Shown here piece after piece: positions 54,620-64,000 of a stretch of DNA of 64,000 bases. Position numbers and translations under genes: made by a program. The notes below the pieces were generated by a model that worked only from the letters and a program-made list of their open reading frames with translations, was not told the DNA's origin and did no database searches. The DNA comes from Octopus vulgaris (taxonomy: Eukaryota), in assembly GCA_951406725.2 (NCBI GenBank), contig OX597818.1:145204001-145268000 (forward strand), written 5' to 3'. Every line of letters begins with the position of its first letter. Positions within the stretch are counted from its first letter, which is position 1.

Positions 54620-55817
54620 AGAGAAAGACTTCCATAATGCACACATTACATTTACATACACAAACACATGTAAAAGCTTCAACGCATATAAACATATTTT
54701 CTAATATGCATGCTTTTAAGCGCCACTCAATGACAATACCTGTACACACATACATACACACGCACTTACACACCTACCACACGCTAATGCAAGCATATAT
54801 TGATATTTTCCTCGAGTTATATAGTACACGCACACACATATATGCAATCATAAATACATACATACACACACATATATGCAATCATACATACATACATATA
54901 TTTGTTACTTAAAAACACACATTTTCACGCAGGCACAAACACTCACAGAGAAAAGCACAGAGATACATGCGTCCGTTGTCGAACATGTTAGACTTGCCAA
55001 TATTTCCTACTTTCTATTGTATCAATGTCGGAGAGTGCATTCAGACATGATGATATTGCTGTGGCTTTGTCTTACTGCCAACCTCCACTGATATAACTAC
55101 TGTCTATCTCAGGACTGAAATAAACGTCTGTAATCTGAGCTTTAATACGTTCAATATGAATCCATTGCTGTTGTTTAGTCCCTGATCATCTCCCTAATCT
55201 AGCAGGCCCATGATCAAATGCATTCTATCCCTGGTTATCACTTCTTTCATGGGTTTCACGCTTTATATATATTTGTGTGTGTATGTATGTATGTGCGTTT
55301 GTGTGTGTGTATGTGTGTGTGTGTATATCTGTGTGTGTAGATATATGCATATATGCATGCATACATTTATATTTCATTCACCTATCCTGGAATCTACACT
55401 TCGAAACTATGATAGACAGTATTTTTGATATAAAGGTGAATGTTTGAATAGCTCAGAGCGGATTTCTTCACTCAGCTGGGTCTTATCTGCATATACTACA
55501 CGTCCAAACATAAAAATATATGTATTCATTGAAGCATGCACGAACATACACATATAGCATAATGATATACGGACATGTATACGATATGTAGTATTAACAG
55601 TAATAATTTCTATATAGTCGCTACTATATAGTTCTACTGAAGGGAATTTTCAACCGTGCGTATATTAGATCAGGTGGGCTGTTCCCCACCACTACTTATC
55701 AGGATAGCGGGGCAATTCTTGCATGTATCAACTTTGGAAGGCTTATTTCTAGGTGAAATGTACCGAATCCCGGACTGATAGGGGCATTGTGCGCGCGTGA
55801 GTGTGTGTGAGTGTATG

Positions 55818-55855
<38 letters not shown>

Positions 55856-56717
55856 GTTTTTTTGAGAGAATGTTTCAAGGAAGGACCCGTATAATATTCA
55901 ATATTGTCGGCGAAATCGCTACTAGCTAGGACCTCATTATAGTATTGGGCGTATTATTCAAAATCTGCTTCTTCGCGGAGATATTGGATATACTTACTGA
56001 TATAATTTTTGTTTTTACCTAACGCCTAATTATGGAATTTGTGTGACAGGAAGACATATTGATGCAATGTAGCAACTCGCTAGGTTATGGTTAGGAAAGT
56101 TAAAACCTGTTCAGCTGTCGAGTGTAAGAGGTAGGAAGCCAACTACTTTTATTCCGTGGTTGAAGAGGATTGCCAAGCCATAGTTTTTATAGAATATATG
56201 AACCATCTCTCTAGTTTTCTACAGGGCTGTAGGCGTATGGTCTACAGAAGTAAGCAATTTGTCTTCCCTATACATACAGCCACCTAAATCAAAGGAGTAT
56301 TTTCCTCATTGATGAGGAAATATACACACGAAATCCATCATCTGAGCGGAGTCAGAAGAGCCCATGACAGTATTAAAGGTTTTTCTCCCATACAGATAAC
56401 CTTAGAAAAGGATAGGTGTATTTCTAGCTGTAAGTTATAATTCTAATCCTACCTGGGAGATCTTAGTAAATATTCTAGCGACGATAAGAATATTAATTTT
56501 CTATAACCAATTGTAAAAAGGAAGGACAAGACCTAGCTAATCTATCAAAGAAAGTAATATCCTGTCCGGAATAGTCTCAGGGGATTAGTTTAACGTGTTC
56601 CCTAACAATTGGTGCGATGAAGTCGAGGATGTCCTTGCTAATTCTACCATGGGTTGATTTGGATGGACAGGTTAACCTAATGGAGTAAGTTAGTAAAGTT
56701 GCTTGCAAAGTCATATT

Positions 56718-56930
56718 AGCTCATAGGGCCGGTTTCCCGGTTTCAATGGCGCATATATTCCCCACATGGACGGGATGCCGGTCCGCTGCAGGATTACCCC
56801 TTCTTGTCAGCTGAGTGGACTGGAGTAACGTGAAATGAAGGGTTTTGCTTCAGAACCCCACGCATCGGCAGGTCAAGGAAACGAAACCACAATCTTACGA
56901 TCATGAGTCCAACACCCGAATCACTAAAGC
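56718..56930 (-). mobile_element. SINE family C copy
   Basis: Minus strand has GTGGTTTCGTTTCC (B-box-like), CCTGCAGCGGACCGGCATCCCGTCCA core and GAAACCGGGAAACCGGCCC, as in 10170-10485. Confidence 0.8.
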
Positions 56931-56942
56931 TGTCTGTCTATG

Positions 56943-56987
<45 letters not shown>

Positions 56988-57052
56988 GTCTGTCTATCAG
57001 TCAGTCAGTCAGTCAGTCAGTCTGTCTGTCTGTCTGTCTGTCTGCTCGTCTG

Positions 57053-57140
<88 letters not shown>

Positions 57141-57415
57141 ATCCACCTTTCTGTCTGTCTAATCAATCTATTTGTCGACTGGAGGACCAGAGTAATTGCT
57201 TAGGCATTTCGCCATAGTAGCTAAATTCTGGTAAAAGTTAAAATAAACATCTTAAAAGAAAAGGAAGTCCTTATTAGATGATGTAATTCTAGGATTACTG
57301 AACGCATAGTGTCTGAATAAGAAGGCCTGTTCACGGTAAGGAAGAACTGGTCATAGCATGTCTGTCTCCATAGCTGACGATGGATAAAACACTAACAACA
57401 GTTATACAAGTAACA

Positions 57416-57463
<48 letters not shown>

Positions 57464-57867
57464 TTGTGTGTGTGTAAATGCTTTTGCATAGTTGTCAATT
57501 CAAGCAACTTTCATATTCATCCCCGAAAATGTGCCGAATGTGATCTTGTAAAAATAAAAAAGAAAAAAAAGAATCAATATCTTCATCATTGATCGAAAAA
57601 ATATTTTCTCATATTTTCGAATCCAAGCTTCATTCACGAAGCTATCAATCAACCTATCAAGCGCAGGTATAGCTGTGTGCGCAACATTTTCGTGACGCAA
57701 CTGCGTGCTTTTGAGTTCGATCGCTCATTAAGGCATATATGCAAATTTCCCAACATATATTTGTACGGATATCTATACATTTCTCTGCACACTAACATAT
57801 GCATCTAAAATGTGTGTCTTTATGAATGCACATAATGGATGTATGTGTGCTGATATATATGTTCTTC

Positions 57868-57907
<40 letters not shown>

Positions 57908-57920
57908 GTTGTTGTTGTTG

Positions 57921-57990
<70 letters not shown>

Positions 57991-58492
57991 TGTTTTTATT
58001 GTTGTTGCGAGTGAAATTAGGTAAATGAAATCTATCGAGACACCAGTTGTTGGTGAAAAACGTTACTGTTCCTAAGCACCAAAGTGGTTTAATTAACACT
58101 ACTGTCTGGCTTTAATACATACATACATACATACATACATACATACATACAAACATACATACATACATACATACATACATACATACATACATACATACAT
58201 ACATACATACATACATACATACATACATACATACATACACACAGTAAGAATAATATAAATAATTTAAGGATGGAATTATAAATTCCATTTTTGAATTATT
58301 TTGATTATTTTTACTATAATCATCCTCGGCTACATCGACATAGCTCGGTTCGATCCCACAAAACTGCTATTGCAGGTTGGAATCACTAGGCCGTACCGAC
58401 ATAATGAAATAATGAAATAAGAGCTTTTGTATGCGCGCTCAAAAACGTGTTCCGGAAACGAACTAAAGTATATATACATACATTCGTGTGTT

Positions 58493-58548
<56 letters not shown>

Positions 58549-58550
<2 letters not shown>

Positions 58551-58697
58551 GGAGTAAACACATAAATGTGAAACAAGGTGGAAAAAAGAGTACTCAAATA
58601 CCAGTGGTAGAGTAATATGCTTTATTTAAAGCAGCAGAAAATTCAACAAAACCTGTTACTCTGAGTTTTGTTGAATTTTCTGCTGCTTTAGATAAAG
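58549..58697 (-). mobile_element. Penelope-terminus-like repeat ending in a foldback (33-bp arms)
   Basis: Shares AATACC..GGTA.AGTAATATGCTTTATT...CTGTTACTC.GAGTTT with 17583-17670. Arms 58620-58652 and 58665-58697 have one mismatch. Confidence 0.6.
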
Positions 58698-58729
<32 letters not shown>

Positions 58730-59328
58730 CATAATTCTTTTCGGGAACGCTGGAACTGGAAGCAGATAATGCTATATCTCACATATAAATACTGGGTTAA
58801 AAAGCCCTTTGAATAGATAAAGCTGAAGGTTGCTCAATCCGCTTCGAGTTTTGTTGTTCCAAAAGATAATTATTTCGCGTTCTCCCGAAGTTTCTCTGTT
58901 CCTGCCATTAACAATATGTGTGTCTGTGTGTGTGTGTCTGTGTGTGCACATATGCCAGAACTTATGAACATTTTAGAAAAATAAAAAGAAAAGACTCGTT
59001 TCTACTTAATTTTACCAGCAATATAAATTTTCTAACAGCAAAATAAATGTTGCCACGATCAATATTATTTCGCGACTCTCTTTTGTATGAAAGCTAATTC
59101 TAAAATATTTCCACACATTTTATCGACGAATAATTTCAACACTTTTTTTTATCGCAAAGTGTGATTCTAAATATTTTACCAGTAAATTCTATATTCAACC
59201 TTTTCTCTGCTTGTTCTTTGTATGTAGCTGTTGTTGGTGATATTCTTGTTATCATCCTCTCCTCCTCCTGCTCTCATCCTGCTGCTGCTGCTGCTGCTGC
59301 TTCTACTACTACAACTACTACTACTACA

Positions 59329-59401
<73 letters not shown>

Positions 59402-59543
59402 TGTTATCAATTATTTCACTCTCCCCACGAAAGTTTTGTTTTCAATTTTATTCTAATTTTCCTCCGTTTTCTCTTATACTTCTATTCGTGTGAAGAAAAC
59501 CTATTTTCCTGTATCTACATCTATATCTATGTTTAGCTCTCTA

Positions 59544-59935
59544 CTAGCAGTATAGCCCAGCGTTGCTCGGGCTTCTTTTCTTTTCGACCCTTTAGAATTG
59601 GAATTTTTGAAAAGTAAAAATTTAGCATTATGTAGCTTGTTATTCTCTTTAAGTGAAGATTTTTCGGGTTGAAATATACCAAAAAATGGCGACACAGCAG
59701 TCAAAAAATTGTAAAAATAGGGATTTTTCATAGAAAAATAGCACCTTTTTGATGTGAATAATTTTTGATGTTAACATGGTCCGATTTGAATTTTTTCTTC
59801 TACGGAAGGAAGAGCAAGCCTACTTGATCATACTCTCAATTTTGGTCAACTTTCGCCGCAGGGTCTCGGAGGAGATAGTGTTAGTTGAAGGCTACCAAAC
59901 CTGTCATACACAGACAACTTCAGCTTTATACGAGA
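59544..59935 (-). mobile_element. Non-autonomous Helitron (second family, shared termini)
   Basis: Minus 3' end CCCGAGCAACGCTGGGCTATACTGCTAG|T; 5' end TCTCGTATAAAGCTGAAGTTGTCTGTGT. Confidence 0.8.
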
Positions 59936-59979
59936 ACACATACGCACATATATATTTACATGTATGCATATAGACACAT

Positions 59980-60024
<45 letters not shown>

Positions 60025-60456
60025 CACACACACACAGGCACTCAAGCACACAGACACACGCATTTATATATACACGCGTGCGCACACGTGTATGTATATG
60101 TGGTTGTATTTTCACACACATATAGTTATGAAGGAAACTTTTCTCGCCAGCCAGTTTCCGAAGCGAAGCTCTTTCTACGTTCGAGTGTACACGAACATAT
60201 TAAATATACTTGTACACGCCTATTTTCAGTCAATGCTGCTTCGTGCGCCTCTCTTTGACCACTTCCAACTGCATCAAGCGTTGAGCACATCGACAGATAT
60301 ACTATTTGTTGTCTGAATATACGAATGATTGTTCTAAGTAAGCTATAAACGACGGATTCGTTAAATTTTTACGATGGTACATAAAGACGCAGAAATGCAT
60401 TTCTTCTCCGATTCAGTGACGTCATTCATCGTGCAGCGATGTGTTGTTTACGTACA

Positions 60457-60962
60457 TCTATATATATAAAACTCTAGTTGTGTGAGTGTCTGTCCCCTTC
60501 GATTTAGATTCCTAACTCCTCCCACATTTTGCGGTGCAGTTTAACCAAATTCGGGTATCTTATAGTCGTGATTCACATCGAGCCCGTCTGACTATTAGCG
60601 CGCGTCAACGATGAGTCTACGATTTTAAAAATAATTTAACATCATTTTTTATTCCATTTTAATGCATAAAATGCATCGTGTGTCGATGGCGGCGGAGTTG
60701 GCGTCCACGCTCACAGCTGCACCTGTTTGCTTCTCCCCCTTCCCTCCCTCGTGAAGCTGTGGGGAAGGGAGTGTAAAGAAATCAACGTCGTAATGCGTCG
60801 TGAAGGAAACCAGCGTTCTTTTAGAACAACGACTTCATGGCTTGAAGACACCAAAACAAAAATGGCTAAGAAAGCCCGAATTTATAAGGGAAGTAACTCT
60901 CTAAAAATGCTTATATAGTTATTTCCCTTACAAACCCGAGCAACGCCGGGCGATACTGCTAG
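60457..60962 (+). mobile_element. Non-autonomous Helitron, same family as 19334-19718
   Basis: A|TCTATATATATAAAAC...CCCGAGCAACGCCGGGCGATACTGCTAG|T. Confidence 0.9.
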
Positions 60963-61867
60963 TTGTATATAAAGAGGATTGTTCTTTCTGGATAGTTTCC
61001 ACAGCAAAGATATTTCGACGAACGTGTTAAATATAATTGTACCCACGCACGTATACGTATGTATATGCGTGTGTGTGTGTATGTATATATGGTGTGTGTG
61101 TGTGCGTGTATGTATGTATGTATGTGTGTGCATGTATCTGTGTATGCATATGTGTATGTTGATTTGTAAACCTACTTTGACCATATTTTCTAGTAGTTCC
61201 TCCTCATTTCTCCCTTCGTTCTCCACCAAACTACATCCATCGAAAACACTGACAACCACGCTCCTTCTACGCAGTAACACCGTTGCGTTTTTTTCTCGTC
61301 ATTGAAACTTTATAAATAACGAAATAAAGAAGAAAATAAAGTGACTACATTACATTCAAAATGGCGCAGCTTTCGAATGTTTTTTAACAATTAGCTCTTT
61401 CAGCTCGTAAGATTAAACTTGTTGTTGGCATGCCTTCAACAAATGACCAATTAATAAACTTCATTGCCAATCTCTTACTTTATTCCTCCATTCTCTCTCC
61501 CTCCTTTCTCTCTTTCCTGCTCTATTTTCTTCTTTCCAACTTTCACTCTCTATCAATTGCTTTACTCTCCATGTGTCAATCTGTTATACTCTCGCTTTTT
61601 CCCTTTCTCTCTCGCGCACATACATAAATTCTCTCTCTCTCTCTTTCTTGTTATACATATATACATGCCTGTTCTATGCTATGCTGATACGCACACTCAT
61701 CCAAATATATACATATATGCATGTATTATATAATCTGTGTGTATGTATATACGTTTCTCTCTCTCTCTCCCCATTTTTGTCTTTATATGTTTGCGCATGT
61801 ATATATATATATATATATATATGTATGCATGTATGTATGTATGTATGTATACGTGTGCGTGTGTGTG

Positions 61868-61899
<32 letters not shown>

Positions 61900-61987
61900 C
61901 ACAAACATGTATGTAAACATATATGTATATATATGCTTGTATGTGTAAGTATTTATATGTAAGCATTTACGTATGTGTGTGCTAATG

Positions 61988-62020
<33 letters not shown>

Positions 62021-62068
62021 ATATATATGTATGTATATATATGTTTATATGCATACATTTCCCGTCTA

Positions 62069-62169
<101 letters not shown>

Positions 62170-62539
62170 AAATCTATCTCGTCTGTCTAGACTCAACAAT
62201 TAGATCTAGCTTGCAACAGATGGAGCTAATGTCGCAGCAATACGACAAGCATAATTTCCGCCACAATCATCATCATTAACACGACCAGTACCGCTATAAC
62301 CACTACTACTGCCGAATGCTATTACCACTACCACCACACTGCTACCACTACCACCTCCACCATCACCACCACCACCATCACCACCGCCAACAACAACAGG
62401 AACAACAACAAAAAACACAGTGGTAAGAATCATGGTAGGTAGCCATGCTTTGATACCGTCTTCTCAGATGTCGATTAGTTTGTCTTCGTTCCTAAGGTTA
62501 CCGCCCGCGGGATGATGATATATAACACATACCTGGACA

Positions 62540-62925
62540 AGATTGCCAATCAGAACGTGAAAACAAGTAAATAAATACCACCTGGCGGAAGGTAGAATTT
62601 CTAGAAATTTTGGCATCTCAAAGCAACAACATTACCTATTTATTGGAGCACTTGGAATGATATGTTGACCAAATTCTTGGCAGTCTCAAGAATGATTGAA
62701 TTGCAAAAGATTATAGCTATGCGCACTTCACATATTTTATGTAAATTCTCCTCCGTCTAAAAGCAATCTCATTCTTCTTTTTTCTTTCCCACAGACGGCA
62801 GTATTTTCAGTTGCATTGCAATTCACCTTTTAACATCTTCGAATGCAAAACCTCGCTGCACCTTAATATCTCTGGTTGAGACTTGGGTGCAACTCGTATA
62901 ACTTAAAACAAAGCTAGAAAAAATG
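62540..62925 (+). mobile_element. 3' end of a second R4/Dong-like LINE
   Basis: WHLKATTLP..IGALGMI...MIELQKIIAMRTSHILCK resembles the 'IQKxxLLGTAHILRK' terminus; A-rich end. Confidence 0.65.
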
Positions 62926-62944
62926 TAACGATAACAATTTGACA

Positions 62945-63055
62945 AAGGGCCAGCAATTTTAGGGGTGGGTCTAAGTCGATTACATCGACCCCAATGTTCA
63001 ACTGGTACTTACTTTTCCTCGAGAAGACACTCGACAAGAAATGGAAAGTTGAAAG
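62945..63055 (-). mobile_element. SINE family B 3' fragment
   Basis: AAGTCGATTACATCGACCCCAATGTTCAACTGGTACTTACTTT matches 44872-44915. Confidence 0.7.
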
Positions 63056-64000
63056 AACTAATGATGATTATGATGATGATGATGATGATGACGATGATGA
63101 TAATAACAATAATGATAATAATAATGATGATGATAATAATAATAAGTACGTGTAGGTGTATGCTCGTGAATGGGTGCAGATAACTGAACAAACGCAAAAA
63201 AGTAGCACTCAGTTGGAGTTGGAGTTGTAACTGGTTATTAAGCGCTTCACACAATTCCTTATTACGCGTGCCTATGAAACTTTGAGTAATGTGAAGTTGA
63301 GTGGACTTGCAATTAATTACGCGTGCGTGTGAACGCGTTTGTATTTGTGTCTGTGTGTCTGTTGAAAGAGAGAGGCAAAAAGAAAAAGGGATAAGAATAG
63401 AAGGAGGAATAAATAAATAGTAAAACCAAAGTAAATGGAATGAATTACAAAAGTGATATTGGTTAATAAGAACAAAAATAACAGAAATAAAATATGAAGA
63501 ATAGAGAGGGAGAGAGGGAGAGTATGGAGAGAGGGAGAGAAGGAGAGACGGGGAAGAGGGAGAGAGAGAGAAAATAACGTGAAAATACAAACTGGGAAAG
63601 AATTCGAGAAAGAAAGCAAAAATATAAGATAGAAATATATAGAAAACAAAGGAAGTGGTGTATAGCATATCGATTATTTTCTTTTTCCTATTTTTTTTTA
63701 TCGTTAGGAACGAGTTCACAGATATTTAGAGCGAGCGAAGAGTTCATAGCTTTATAGGGCGAAGAGATGATAAATGAGTTTGTGCGATTATAATTCATTT
63801 TAGAATGTTACAACGAATCAGACTGAGGGGCAATTGCTACAGGCAGCAAAATCCATTACTATGGTGCCTATTATATAGCTAGAGGTCTAAGCCAGCGAGA
63901 TTTATATGGACAGACCGTAATCGTAGTAATAACACTGTAGCCAACGAATCATTTTGATCAGCCGTCTGCGTGATAGCTCATTGTGATCCTTTGATAAACT

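Noticed and set aside
55860-56690. Possible ancient LINE endonuclease region on the minus strand
   Set aside because: Only faint motif resemblance across many stops; needs a translated HMM search.
63009-63719. 236-aa minus-strand ORF
   Set aside because: Low-complexity purine-rich and (ATG/ATA)n sequence; a compositional artefact.

Overview
AT-rich eukaryotic non-coding DNA, dense in microsatellites and decayed transposable elements. I find no intact host gene, rRNA, true tRNA or CRISPR array. The SINE families and the (TA)n/(TATG)n/(CTAT)n/(AAT)n landscape resemble cephalopod (Octopus-like) genomes; this rests on recalled repeat families, not a database search. Nearly all ORFs in the track are microsatellite translations. 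Real coding remnants are all mobile-element pseudogenes: two Tc1 elements (one internally inverted), a mariner fragment and MITE, RTE, CR1/L2-like, Tx1/L1-like and R4/Dong-like LINE pieces, and Penelope-like (GIY-YIG) pieces. Non-coding elements include four non-autonomous Helitrons, a hAT-like MITE and three tRNA-derived SINE families. The most interesting unexplained structure is a set of degenerate minimal hammerhead-ribozyme-like motifs, clustered at 14.8-17.7 kb and also downstream of a Penelope ORF. Also notable are several foldback palindromes beside (TA)n tracts and two apparent SINE-LINE tail pairs. I see no convincing evidence of a novel protein-coding system.
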